Translations under genes and position numbers: made by a program
Origin: Spirochaetes bacterium ADurb.BinA120
GTDB taxonomy: Bacteria > Spirochaetota > UBA4802 > UBA5368
NCBI GenBank assembly: GCA_002069125.1
Contig: MVZN01000006.1
Location: 2,354 to 66,353, forward strand
DNA: 64,000 nt
Reading direction: 5' to 3'
Notes under the pieces: generated by a model
Databases searched by the model: none
The model's input: the letters and a program-made list of their open reading frames with translations, nothing else
Told to the model about the DNA's origin: nothing
Part shown: in pieces, positions 21,255 through 30,763 of the stretch
How positions within the stretch are numbered: position 1 is the stretch's first letter
How the letters are laid out: the number at the start of each line of letters is the position of its first letter

Positions 21255-22114
21255 GCGCCCCCCTCCAGGATGCCCGGGAACGAGCGCACCTCCTCGTTCA
21301 GATCGGACAGCGCGACGGCTGCCGCGTCGTCGAAGCGCAGCTCCGGTCTCTGGCGATAGGCGTAGTTGATCGCGCTCGACGAGTTGATCCTGTGTATGGA
21401 AGGGTCCGGGTGCCGTCCGAGCGCTCTGCATACCGCCTCGACGCTGCCGCCCTGCGATCCGATTCCGGGTATGAGAAGCGGGACCTCCAGGCCGGATTCG
21501 ATAAAAATTCCGCAAATGCCCGAAAGTTCCCCGGGATAGGTGGCGCCGACCACGGCGCCCATCCCGGGGCGGTGCCATTCTACGATCTTCCTCGATAGGC
21601 GCTGGTGCAGGGGTTCGCCGTCGACTATGAGGTCCTGCAGCTCGCCGGAACTCCTGTTGGAGGTCTTGTTGAGGATATAGGCGCCCTTTTCAGGGTAAAG
21701 CGAGAAGAACGGCCCTATGGAATCGAAACCAAGAAACGGGGAGAGCGTTACGGCATCCGCTTTGAAAAAGTCATAAGCCTCGCGGGCATAGGCCTCGGCC
21801 GTTGCGCCTATGTCCCCGCGCTTGACATCGAGAATCACCGGAAGGCCCAGCCCCCTGCAAACGTCGATAACCGTCGTGAGCGCGCCGATACCCTCGAGGC
21901 CGTACTGCGCGTAGAACGCGTAGTTGGGCTTAACGGCGGCAGGCATGATGTTGCGCCGCGCCATGGTATTTAGCATAGTCTCGTAGAATGAGCGTATGCG
22001 CTCACCCGGGCTTCCCTTATCGAGGGGTATGGAGTCGAGTACCGGATCGAGCCCCAGGCAGACGATGGAATTGAATTTACGTGAAGACGATTTGAGGAGC
22101 GAGCAGAAATCCAT
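21251..22114 (-). CDS. pyrF: Orotidine-5'-phosphate decarboxylase
   Basis: VCLGLDP, AVKPNYAF, ILDVKRGDIGAT, GAVVGAT, LLIPGIGSQGG, INSSSAI. Confidence 0.93.
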   Translation of the reverse strand: MDFCSLLKSSSRKFNSIVCLGLDPVLDSIPLDKGSPGERIRSFYETMLNTMARRNIMPAAVKPNYAFYAQYGLEGIGALTTVIDVCRGLGLPVILDVKRGDIGATAEAYAREAYDFFKADAVTLSPFLGFDSIGPFFSLYPEKGAYILNKTSNRSSGELQDLIVDGEPLHQRLSRKIVEWHRPGMGAVVGATYPGELSGICGIFIESGLEVPLLIPGIGSQGGSVEAVCRALGRHPDPSIHRINSSSAINYAYRQRPELRFDDAAAVALSDLNEEVRSFPGILEGGA

Positions 22115-22219
22115 CTTCGATTCTCCGGTTGGTTCATAATGGCTGTAAACGCCCGGGAGGGCGGCCGTGGCGAAACGGCGTCCGCCGGGGTCCCGGCCGG
22201 GCCAGAGCGGAGCCCGAGG

Positions 22220-22756
22220 TTAACGTAGCGATTCAATAAAATTATTATATATAGTATAATTTATAGAGTCATATAAAATGAAATATACATCAGCCAGATA
22301 TCCGGTGTCGAGCATAAAATCGAGCACCGTCCTAACCGCCACCTCGCAGGCATCGGCTGCCGGGTATCCATACACCCCGGTAGAGATGGCCGGAAAGGCC
22401 ACGGAGCGAAGGGAATATTCCTTTACCAGGGTCATAGAGTTGGCGTAAGAGGCGCGGAGGATTTCCCGCTCCCCCGAGGAGCCGCCCCTGTAAACAGGGC
22501 CAGGGGTGTGGATTATGTGCCGGGCGCTCAGATTATAGGCCCCGGTTATCCGCGCTTCACCTGGATTGCAGCCGCCTATTCGCCGGCACTCATCGAGCAG
22601 CCCCGGCCCCGCGGCCCGGTGTATGGCTCCATCGACTCCGCCTCCGCCGAGAAGCGAGGGGTTGGCTGCGTTGACTATGGCGTCGACGCGTTCCAGGGTG
22701 ATGTCCCCCCGCCGCACGAAAAGACGGTCGATGAGTTTTGGCGGATAAGAGGCCAC
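22220..22756 (-). CDS. Macro domain O-acetyl-ADP-ribose deacetylase (YmdB-like)
   Basis: GDIT, DAIVNAAN, GGGVDGAIHRAAG, IIHTPGP, FPAISTGVYGYP. Confidence 0.92.
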   Translation of the reverse strand: MASYPPKLIDRLFVRRGDITLERVDAIVNAANPSLLGGGGVDGAIHRAAGPGLLDECRRIGGCNPGEARITGAYNLSARHIIHTPGPVYRGGSSGEREILRASYANSMTLVKEYSLRSVAFPAISTGVYGYPAADACEVAVRTVLDFMLDTGYLADVYFILYDSINYTIYNNFIESLR

Positions 22757-23087
22757 GGCGCGCGCTCCTCGGCTTAGTTAATCCTTACGCGAATCCCCTG
22801 AATTCCAAACGGGTCCGCGGGTGGATTTCTCTATACGGCCCGCCCAGCATATCACCGGCCTAGGTTACGCGATACTAAAAAATTATCGCATCAGGAAAAA
22901 TGTTGTATACTGGATGTGACGGGGCCATGATGCCCCGTTTGAACACCGAATTCATGATATAAAATTATGTCACATTATCCCGACAGTCCGCGCGATAGAA
23001 ACGGGTCGAAGGGATTGGGCAATTTTTCGCTATCGGTCCTAAAGGAGAATGGACAGTGCACGGATTGCCCAAGGGGACGAGAAAACG

Positions 23088-24989
23088 ATGATTAGAAGGT
23101 TCGACATAATAGTGGTAGGGGCGGGACACGCCGGCGCCGAAGCAGCGCTGGCCTCTTCGCGCATGGGCTGCTCGACGCTACTACTGACGGGCAATCTCGA
23201 CACGATATGCCAGATGAGCTGCAACCCCGCAATCGGCGGGCTCGCAAAGGGTCACCTGGTGCGCGAGATAGACGCTCTTGGCGGAGAGATGGCGAGGGCG
23301 ATCGACGAGACCGGGATTCACTTTAAAATGCTGAACAGGAGCAAGGGGCCGGCCGTGTGGGCGCCGAGGGCCCAGGCGGATAAAAGGGCCTACCAGCGGA
23401 GGATGAGAGCGGCCATAGAGTCCGAAAAAGGCATAACGCTGATTCAGGACATCGCCAGGGGAATCCTCGTGGAGAACGGAAGGGCGCGTGGCGTGATTAC
23501 CGTGCGCGGGCAAGAGCACCATACAGGGGCCGTAATAATATGCACCGGGACCTTCCTGAAGGGCCTGATCCACATAGGCGAATACAGCGAACGGTGCGGC
23601 AGGCTTGGAGACTTCTCCTCGGAGGAGCTCTCCGATTCGCTGAGGGAACTGGGATTTCCGGTGCTAAGGCTAAAGACAGGGACTCCGCCCCGCGTTAACG
23701 CGGACTCCATAGACTTTTCCAGATGCCAGGTCCAGATGCCCGACGAGAGGCCTTCTCCGTTCTCGTTCGAAACCCTCTCGCTCGAAAGGCCCCAGGTGCC
23801 ATGCTGGGTGACGAACACGACCGAAGAGACGCACGAATTAATACGAAAGAACCTACACCGCTCGCCGCTCTATGGAGGGAAGATAAAGGGGATAGGGGCC
23901 CGCTATTGCCCGTCCATAGAGGACAAGGTGGTCCGCTTCGCCGGGAAATCCTCCCACCAGTTGTTTCTGGAGCCGGAGGGGCTGGATACAAAAGAAATAT
24001 ATATAAACGGCTTCTCGAGCTCGCTGCCGGAGGACGTTCAGCTCGAGATGATGCGTACGGTTCCCGGCCTCGAGAACGCCAGGACCATGAGGCCGGCCTA
24101 CGCGGTGGAATACGATTTCGTGCCGCCGGGGGAGTTAAAGAGCACGCTCGAAACAAGACGGGTGAAGGGACTCTACCACGCGGGCCAGATAAACGGGACA
24201 TCCGGCTACGAGGAGGCGGCGGGGCAGGGGCTATGGGCCGCAATAAACGCCGTGCGGAAAATAAAGGGGATGGGGCCTTTCGTGCTCGGACGCCACGAGG
24301 CCTATCTCGGGGTTCTCATTGACGATCTCATCACCAAGGGCGCCGAAGAGCCATACAGAATGTTCACATCGAGGGCCGAACACCGGCTTATACTAAGGCA
24401 GGACAACGCGGACAGGCGGCTTATGGGCTACGGACTCGAAAACGGGCTGATCGATGCGGAGAGGCACGAGCGCATGCTTGAAAAATACCGGCGAGCCGAC
24501 GAACTCGTGCTGGATCTGTCATCACGGCTCATCGCTGTGGACGGGCGGATCAAAGACAGGCTTGGCGCATCGGGAAGGGAGGGGGAAAAGCTCGCGGCGA
24601 GAATGACGGCGGGGAGGCTTTTAAAGCGGCCGGAGATACGGATTGCGGACATTCTGGAGGAGGCGGGCCTGGAAATGGACGAGGAAATGGCCGCGATAGC
24701 GGAGATGCAGATTAAATACGAGGGCTATATAGAGCGCGACCTGGAGAGAATAAAAAAGATGAAGCGAATGGAGTCCAGAAGAATACCCGAATCGTTCGAT
24801 TATGCCGGCGTGTCGGGGCTTAAAAACGAGGCGAGGGAGAAGCTCGAGAGAATAAGGCCCGAAACCATAGGGCAGGCTTCGCGGATCTCGGGAGTGGATC
24901 CCTCGGACATATCCCTTGTCGCGGTGAGGCTGGAGGCCCTGTCGCGTCGTGAGGCGAGGGCGAGGACGGGGGCCTGCAGAGGTGAATAG
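23088..24989 (+). CDS. mnmG: tRNA uridine 5-carboxymethylaminomethyl modification enzyme MnmG (GidA)
   Basis: [59 protein letters not shown]. Start is 23088 or 23049. Confidence 0.98.
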   Translation: MIRRFDIIVVGAGHAGAEAALASSRMGCSTLLLTGNLDTICQMSCNPAIGGLAKGHLVREIDALGGEMARAIDETGIHFKMLNRSKGPAVWAPRAQADKRAYQRRMRAAIESEKGITLIQDIARGILVENGRARGVITVRGQEHHTGAVIICTGTFLKGLIHIGEYSERCGRLGDFSSEELSDSLRELGFPVLRLKTGTPPRVNADSIDFSRCQVQMPDERPSPFSFETLSLERPQVPCWVTNTTEETHELIRKNLHRSPLYGGKIKGIGARYCPSIEDKVVRFAGKSSHQLFLEPEGLDTKEIYINGFSSSLPEDVQLEMMRTVPGLENARTMRPAYAVEYDFVPPGELKSTLETRRVKGLYHAGQINGTSGYEEAAGQGLWAAINAVRKIKGMGPFVLGRHEAYLGVLIDDLITKGAEEPYRMFTSRAEHRLILRQDNADRRLMGYGLENGLIDAERHERMLEKYRRADELVLDLSSRLIAVDGRIKDRLGASGREGEKLAARMTAGRLLKRPEIRIADILEEAGLEMDEEMAAIAEMQIKYEGYIERDLERIKKMKRMESRRIPESFDYAGVSGLKNEAREKLERIRPETIGQASRISGVDPSDISLVAVRLEALSRREARARTGACRGE

Positions 24990-25734
24990 GGCGGAGGAAC
25001 TCGCCGACGGCGCAATGTTCCACGTGGAACAGAACAGGCTGCTCTCCTGGGCGGGGCGCTCGGGCGTGGAGCTTGGAAAAGGGGCCCCGGCCCTCATGGT
25101 GCGCTACGCGGCCATGGTGCTCGAGGCAAACACCAGGCAAAACCTCACCGGATGCTCGACCCTGACGGAGGCCGTAGAAACGCTTGTAGTCGAAAGCCTC
25201 GAGCCCCTGGCGCGACTGAATGTTCCACGTGGAACACGATACGCGGATATCGGCTCGGGCCCGGGCGTTCCGGGCATTCCGCTTGCGCTCGCAAGGCCCG
25301 ACGCTTTCGGCGTGCTTATCGAGGCGCAGGCAAAGAGGGCGGAATTCATGGAGAGCGCAATCAGGGGGCTCTCGATTGCGAATCTGACGGTGGAGTGCAA
25401 ACGGGTGGAGGAGATGGCCCGTGTAGAGCGGTGGAGGGGTTCGCTCGACATGGTCTTCAGCCGGGCCTTCGGCCCCGTCTATGTGGTTCTGGAGATGGCC
25501 CTGCCGCTTTTAAAAATTGGGGGTCGCTTGTATATCTATTCCAGGCGAGGCGGCGAGGAACTCGTGGATGCGCTCGCCGACCAAGCCTCGTCGCTTAGGG
25601 GTCGGATTGTCCCGGGGGGGCCCGGAGTGGTCGTTGAAAAGCTCGGCGCAACGCCAAACTCCCGCCCGCGCCGCTATCCGGCTATAAAGCGGGAGGCGGA
25701 GCGCCTTGGGTGTGAGTGGAAGAATGAGACATAA
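24982..25734 (+). CDS. rsmG: 16S rRNA m7G527 methyltransferase RsmG (GidB)
   Basis: [26 protein letters not shown]...TP..RPRR; follows mnmG with overlap. Start is GTG 24982 or ATG 25015. Confidence 0.9.
   Translation: MNRAEELADGAMFHVEQNRLLSWAGRSGVELGKGAPALMVRYAAMVLEANTRQNLTGCSTLTEAVETLVVESLEPLARLNVPRGTRYADIGSGPGVPGIPLALARPDAFGVLIEAQAKRAEFMESAIRGLSIANLTVECKRVEEMARVERWRGSLDMVFSRAFGPVYVVLEMALPLLKIGGRLYIYSRRGGEELVDALADQASSLRGRIVPGGPGVVVEKLGATPNSRPRRYPAIKREAERLGCEWKNET
25016..25031. promoter_or_regulatory. parS site (ParB loading site)
   Basis: Perfect palindrome TGTTCCACGTGGAACA matching the parS consensus TGTTNCACGTGAAACA; origin-proximal. Confidence 0.9.
25221..25236. promoter_or_regulatory. 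Second parS site
   Basis: Identical TGTTCCACGTGGAACA within the rsmG coding sequence. Confidence 0.9.
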
Positions 25735-25735
25735 T

Positions 25736-26341
25736 ATGGCGGCGCGCATCTTGAATGCGCTGGGGGGTTTGTTGATGCATCACAGGGCTGTTGCGTGCGC
25801 CATCCTTCTCGTATGTGCGGGTCTGGCCCCGCCGGAGGAGATGGCCGTGCGGATAAAGAACGATCCGTCCCTGGTGGCCCCTGGTTTCGGCGCCGAGAGG
25901 GTGCTTCTGGGCGAGCAGGCCTCCTCGCTCCAAAGGGACCGTGGCGCGCCCGACCGCATCGCGGCGCCCGGGTCGGTGCGGCTGCTTTTCGGGGATATCT
26001 TCGGATACGAAGAGGGGCCGTCGGTCCGCTTCGACAGGATCTTTCACTACACCTATGGGCGCTTTACGGTGTTCCTGCTCGGGGGGGAGGTGGTGGCCGT
26101 CGCCGGTTACGACAGCGCCCGGGTCACTACGGACGCCGTGAACATATCCTCCGGGGTGGAGTCGTTTATCTTCAACTACGGTAACGCCGGCCTGGAGCGC
26201 CTTGCCAGGCGCACGAGCACGATGTACCTGTATCGAAACCTCGGCATTGCGGTAGCGGACGACGGAAACGACGATTCGATCGATCTCGTGCTGGTATTCC
26301 CCGCGCTCACGCCCCGGGAGCTTGCGCCACGGCCTCGCTGA
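25736..26341 (+). CDS. Exported hypothetical protein
   Basis: ATG 2 nt after the rsmG stop; hydrophobic N-terminus; two internal 'LG....V...G.P...Y.Y...G' like units (BLIP/DUF4309-like, by eye). Confidence 0.55.
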   Translation: MAARILNALGGLLMHHRAVACAILLVCAGLAPPEEMAVRIKNDPSLVAPGFGAERVLLGEQASSLQRDRGAPDRIAAPGSVRLLFGDIFGYEEGPSVRFDRIFHYTYGRFTVFLLGGEVVAVAGYDSARVTTDAVNISSGVESFIFNYGNAGLERLARRTSTMYLYRNLGIAVADDGNDDSIDLVLVFPALTPRELAPRPR

Positions 26342-28067
26342 TTCGGGCGGCCTCCGCGCCACCGATGCCGTACATGCTGAACACCATGTCCTCTATGCTC
26401 TCCCTGGCCCGTTTACCGGCGGGCGAGCAAGGCGAGTCCATCACCATTCGGACCAGGGTGCGGATTCGCCTGCGGGTGGCGCCGTCTGCCTGGCACAGCG
26501 GCAGGCGCTCCAGGTTCCCCCTTAGCACCTTCACCGTGAAGAAGTTCTTCTCGTAATAGTACTGCATCAGCCGCGAATTGAGAAGCGCCAGTAGATATTC
26601 CGGCTCGAGTGCAGGGTCCTCCGGTATGAGCGCGTTCACGTTGTTCAGGGAAAAACGGCCCTCCGTGTCGAGTGCAAAGACCAGGCGCCTCCCTATGAAT
26701 CGATAAAGGAGCTTCCGCTTGTTGAGGTATAACTCGCGCGGCGCCACCTGCTGAAGGGCGGAGGGGTCGTACTTGAAGTGGTGTCCGCTGAAGTCGATCC
26801 TGTACTGGGACAGGTCGCGGCCGATTATGATCGGGTCGGGCGCTTCGCCGGATCGGCCCTTGCGCAGGTGGCGGGGGTTGTCGCCGGTGACAACGCCGAG
26901 AAAAAATCTGGCGGCCCCCTTCAGAGAGCGGCATTCCCGCTCCTCCATGCGGCTTATCAACTCCACCGCGCGCCTGGTATAGTGGATGTTGAATATATTC
27001 CGGGGGGTGGAGAGGTAATGGGCCTGGGGTATGAGGGCAGCGGTGCCGGTTCCCTTTTCGGCCGGGGAGGAGACCCGGATTATGTGGCGCTCGAGAGCGG
27101 AGGGTGAGTCTTCCCGCGCCGCGACGAGTGAGACGGCCGGCGCGAACACGCCCCTGAAGCGCTCGCCCCAGGAGGCTATGTCCAGTATGCGCATGTGTTC
27201 GAGAACGTGCCGCCTGGAGGCGCTGTGGGCCCCGATGTTGAGATAGGCCTGGGGCAGCAGGAAGGCCATCACTCCTCGCCGTGTGAGAAGCGAAGCGGTG
27301 CGCTCTATGAAAAGCGTAAAGGAGTTGATGCCGGAGCGCGCGGAGACGTAGAGCTCGCGCGACATGCGCCGCTCTTCGGGGCTGAGGCCGGAGCCCCATG
27401 GCGGGTTTCCGATAACGGCGTCGAAGCCGTGTTTCGGAAAAGGATTGACTGGGGCGTCATGAGTGAACAAATAATTATTATTGTATATGTTGTGAATTCG
27501 TGATTCGTCCACGCCGCTTATCCTGGAGAGGTTCCACCTGCAAATTTGGGCGGCAAAGGGGTCGGAATCCATGCCGTAAAGCCTGGGAAGGAGGCTTTCG
27601 GCATCGACCTCGCCCGGTGCGCGTTTGCGGCCGCCGGCGCGGAAATGGGCGTAGGCCGCGATGAGGAACTGCCCGGAGCCGCAGGCGGGATCGAGTACTG
27701 TGGGGGGATGGGATTCCGGATTGGCCGCCATGGCCTTCGATATGATGTAATCCACGATATCGCGCGGCGTGAAATAGCACCCGTTCCTTTTTCGCTTCTC
27801 CCTGGCCTGGAGTTCTTGATACACGTATCCGAGAAGGTCCCCGTCTTCGAGGATGTTCCATCTGTAAAGAAGGTCCTTAAGCTCGGGAAGAGCGCGGAGG
27901 GCCTCGCCCCGGACGCCTTTCGGCAAAGCGGCGTGGTCCATGAGGTAGTCGAGCATTTCGCCGTAAGGCGATACCTCGGTTTTTTCGCGCGGAGAGGCGC
28001 CTGCCAGCGCGGCGATTCGATAGTCAACGTATGCGCCGTGGCGGGCGAGATAATGTCTGCGGTTCAT
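26307..28067 (-). CDS. N6-adenine DNA methyltransferase (TaqI/Eco57I-like, gamma class) with TaqI-C-like recognition domain
   Basis: G.YFTP, VLDPACGSG.F (motif I), GMD, VIGNPPW (motif IV), FIER, YLLALLNS. Confidence 0.88.
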   Translation of the reverse strand: MNRRHYLARHGAYVDYRIAALAGASPREKTEVSPYGEMLDYLMDHAALPKGVRGEALRALPELKDLLYRWNILEDGDLLGYVYQELQAREKRKRNGCYFTPRDIVDYIISKAMAANPESHPPTVLDPACGSGQFLIAAYAHFRAGGRKRAPGEVDAESLLPRLYGMDSDPFAAQICRWNLSRISGVDESRIHNIYNNNYLFTHDAPVNPFPKHGFDAVIGNPPWGSGLSPEERRMSRELYVSARSGINSFTLFIERTASLLTRRGVMAFLLPQAYLNIGAHSASRRHVLEHMRILDIASWGERFRGVFAPAVSLVAAREDSPSALERHIIRVSSPAEKGTGTAALIPQAHYLSTPRNIFNIHYTRRAVELISRMEERECRSLKGAARFFLGVVTGDNPRHLRKGRSGEAPDPIIIGRDLSQYRIDFSGHHFKYDPSALQQVAPRELYLNKRKLLYRFIGRRLVFALDTEGRFSLNNVNALIPEDPALEPEYLLALLNSRLMQYYYEKNFFTVKVLRGNLERLPLCQADGATRRRIRTLVRMVMDSPCSPAGKRARESIEDMVFSMYGIGGAEAARISEAVAQAPGA

Positions 28068-28185
28068 GCCTGCTTTTGGTCGCCGCCGGGAAATTGTCTT
28101 GAAATTAACATGGCGGTCTCAGCATCTATATCGTGCCCAAGCGGCCGAAAAATTAGGCAAAACACCCGGATAGGAAGCGCCCTCA

Positions 28186-28533
28186 ATGCACGAGCTTTCC
28201 ATAATGAGCAACATACTCGATATCGTTTTGGACTATGCCGGCCGCGGGGGCGCTCGACGGGTTGTGAGGATAAACCTGGAGGTCGGCCAGATCTCAGATC
28301 TGATTCCCGAATGGATGCAGACCTATTTCGATTTCGTGAGCAAGGATACCATAGCCGAAAAGGCCGAGCTGTCCGTTGAGAGGGTGCCCGCGGTGTTGCG
28401 CTGTAAATCCTGCGGCGCGGAATTCGGCTTCACCAGGGAGGACTGGCGCTTCTCATGCGCTTCGTGCGGATCGGCTGACATAAGCATAGTCAGCGGCCGC
28501 GAATTCAGGATCGTCAGCATCGAGGTGGAGTGA
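28186..28533 (+). CDS. hypA: Hydrogenase/urease nickel incorporation protein HypA
   Basis: MHELSI, two CxxC motifs (CKSC, CASC), SGREF.I.SIEVE. Confidence 0.95.
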   Translation: MHELSIMSNILDIVLDYAGRGGARRVVRINLEVGQISDLIPEWMQTYFDFVSKDTIAEKAELSVERVPAVLRCKSCGAEFGFTREDWRFSCASCGSADISIVSGREFRIVSIEVE

Positions 28534-28543
28534 GGGGGGTCAA

Positions 28544-29032
28544 ATGGTCCGAGTGGGGATAATCACGGTAAGCGACAGGTCTTCGCGAGGCGAGCGCGCG
28601 GACCTCGCCGGTCCGGAGATACGCGCCTGGGCCGGGCGGATGGGGCACGCGGTTGTGGCCGAATCCATCGTCCCCGACGAACGGGAGCGCATTAGGGATG
28701 AACTCGTCGCCTTTGCGAAGATGGGGGTAGACCTCATCCTGACAACCGGCGGCACCGGCTTCGCTCCGCGCGATGTGACGCCGGAGGCGACCCTGGACGC
28801 CATCGACAGGGCGGCCCCCGGTTTTGCCGAGGTCATGAGACAGCGTTCGCTTGCCATCACTCCGCACGCAATGCTCTCCCGCGCCGTGGCGGGCATACGA
28901 GGCTCCACACTGATCGTCAACCTGCCCGGAAGCCCCAAGGCGGTGCGCGAAAACCTCGAGGTCATAGAAAGAGCCATACCCCATGCGGTGGAACTTTTAA
29001 GCGGAGGGGTGGGAGACTGCGGCAGCCCCTAA
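28544..29032 (+). CDS. mog: Molybdopterin adenylyltransferase (MogA/MoaB family)
   Basis: GIITVSDR, IVPDE, LTTGGTGFAPRDVTPEAT, SRAVAG, VNLPGSPKAV. Confidence 0.93.
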   Translation: MVRVGIITVSDRSSRGERADLAGPEIRAWAGRMGHAVVAESIVPDERERIRDELVAFAKMGVDLILTTGGTGFAPRDVTPEATLDAIDRAAPGFAEVMRQRSLAITPHAMLSRAVAGIRGSTLIVNLPGSPKAVRENLEVIERAIPHAVELLSGGVGDCGSP

Positions 29033-29142
29033 GGCCAAAGGCCTTTCACGCCAGGCGAAAAAACCTCCACCGATTCCATGCCGGGGCCGATAGTATATAC
29101 AGAGTATAAGACTGTGCATAGTACCCGTACCGGAAGCGTGCC

Positions 29143-30633
29143 ATGACAAATGCCTTCAATCAAATGATGCGCCTTGCGTTCCTCGCCACTATTACGGCGG
29201 TCCTTGCCGTGCTGTTTGCCGCACCCGTGCTGGGGGGGCCGTATGTAAAAATACTGTCGACCGATACATCGGCGTTTCCGACCGTTCTCCTGAAAGTGGC
29301 CGTTTCGAACGGTGGCCGAGGGGCCCCGTCGGACATCACGGACGAGGGCCTCCTGGTGTACGAAGACGGCTTTCGCGTCAATACTGTGAGCGTGAAGCGA
29401 GTGGAGTCGGAAGAAGCGGGGCGTTTTGTCCTCGCCATCGACTCGAGCAGGAGCATAAAGGCCGCGGATCTGGAAATGGTAAAAAAGGCGGCGAGGCGGC
29501 TGATCGACGGCTCGGCGGCCTCGGACAGTTTCGCGGTGGTACGGTTTAACGACGAGGTGAGGATCAACTGTCCGCTCACCACCGCCCGCGAAAAGCTCGC
29601 ACGTTGCGTCGATGGAATACGGGCACACGGCTCACAAACGAAGCTGTACGCGGCCGTTTACGATTCTATCGATCTGCTGGGTGTGGAGGGTGTGGGTCCC
29701 AGGGCGGTGGTGGTATTCACCGACGGTAAGGACGAGGGAAGCGGTCTGGAGAGCGGCGATCTGGTCGCCCTGGCCAGGGAGAATTCCGTTCCGGTACACG
29801 TAGTGGCCGTAAAACCCGGCAGGGAGTCCCGTCGCCTGGAGCGTCTCGCCAGGCTTACGGGCGGATCCTACCTTCGATGCTGCAAGGAGAGGAACATCGA
29901 CTCCCTTTACGGCGTATTAAAAAGCGGCCACACGAGTCGCTACGACGTACGTTTCCGTACGACGGCCCCTGCCGACGGTATCGCTCGTCCGGTCGAGGTC
30001 CGACTGCGTTACGATTCTCTAAGGGACAGGGATTCGATGGAGGTGTCCTATCCGCGCGGGGGGATCGATCTCGGACTTAAAAACCTTCCACAGTCGCTTA
30101 TGGCGGCTCTCATCCTTGCGATAGTCCTTCTTTTACTCGGCTGCGTGATCCTCCTTCTGAGGAGGGGGACTATGGCCATGCGTCGAGCGGCGACGGAGCC
30201 CGCAGGATTCATCCCGGGCACGAAGACACCTTATATAGTGGAGGATTTCGAGGGGGCTCTTAGACGAGACGAGGAGGCCCGGCGCCGTCGGGACCGGCTT
30301 ATCGGTACCGGGGACCCGGAATACGTCTACGCGAAGGCCTGGCTGGTCGAGCGGGACGGCCCGGAAGCGGGAAAGAAATTCCCCATGTACTGGGAGGAGA
30401 TAACGATCGGCCGCGACGAGGAGAACGCCATCATCATCAAGGATGACGCCGTATCCCTGAAGCACGCCCGCATCAGGGAAATGAAAGGGGCCTATTATCT
30501 CTTCGACCTTGCCTCCGACAACGGCACATTTTTAAACGGCAGGAAGCTCCTCAGGCCCAGGCCCCTTTATGACTGGGACGAGATCCGAATGGGGCGCACC
30601 CTTTTCATATTCCGCGGGTCCAAAATATCCTGA
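29143..30633 (+). CDS. Membrane protein with extracytoplasmic VWA domain and C-terminal FHA domain
   Basis: Signal peptide; MIDAS motif DSSRSI...T...FTDG; TM helix ALILAIVLLLLGCVILLL; FHA motifs IGR, S..HA, DL.S.NGTFLNG. Confidence 0.85.
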   Translation: MTNAFNQMMRLAFLATITAVLAVLFAAPVLGGPYVKILSTDTSAFPTVLLKVAVSNGGRGAPSDITDEGLLVYEDGFRVNTVSVKRVESEEAGRFVLAIDSSRSIKAADLEMVKKAARRLIDGSAASDSFAVVRFNDEVRINCPLTTAREKLARCVDGIRAHGSQTKLYAAVYDSIDLLGVEGVGPRAVVVFTDGKDEGSGLESGDLVALARENSVPVHVVAVKPGRESRRLERLARLTGGSYLRCCKERNIDSLYGVLKSGHTSRYDVRFRTTAPADGIARPVEVRLRYDSLRDRDSMEVSYPRGGIDLGLKNLPQSLMAALILAIVLLLLGCVILLLRRGTMAMRRAATEPAGFIPGTKTPYIVEDFEGALRRDEEARRRRDRLIGTGDPEYVYAKAWLVERDGPEAGKKFPMYWEEITIGRDEENAIIIKDDAVSLKHARIREMKGAYYLFDLASDNGTFLNGRKLLRPRPLYDWDEIRMGRTLFIFRGSKIS

Positions 30634-30763
30634 GCGTATTTGTCCGGCTGACCCGCATTTTTACTTGCCAATACGACATCGCCAAACTTTTATACAATCC
30701 TTGGGGCGGCGAGCCGCGGCCCGTAAACGCCGCCATGTTTGAAACGAGGCCCGGGGGGCATAT

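Noticed and set aside
21255-21578. N-terminal extension of the GGDEF ORF as given in the ORF track
   Set aside because: Overlaps pyrF on the same strand and is Arg/Gly-rich nonsense; a TTG start with GGAGG at 21254 explains the gene.
22869-22889. GCGATA-N9-TATCGC inverted repeat between the macro-domain gene and mnmG
   Set aside because: Only 6-bp arms, a single copy and no assignable regulator; chance cannot be excluded.
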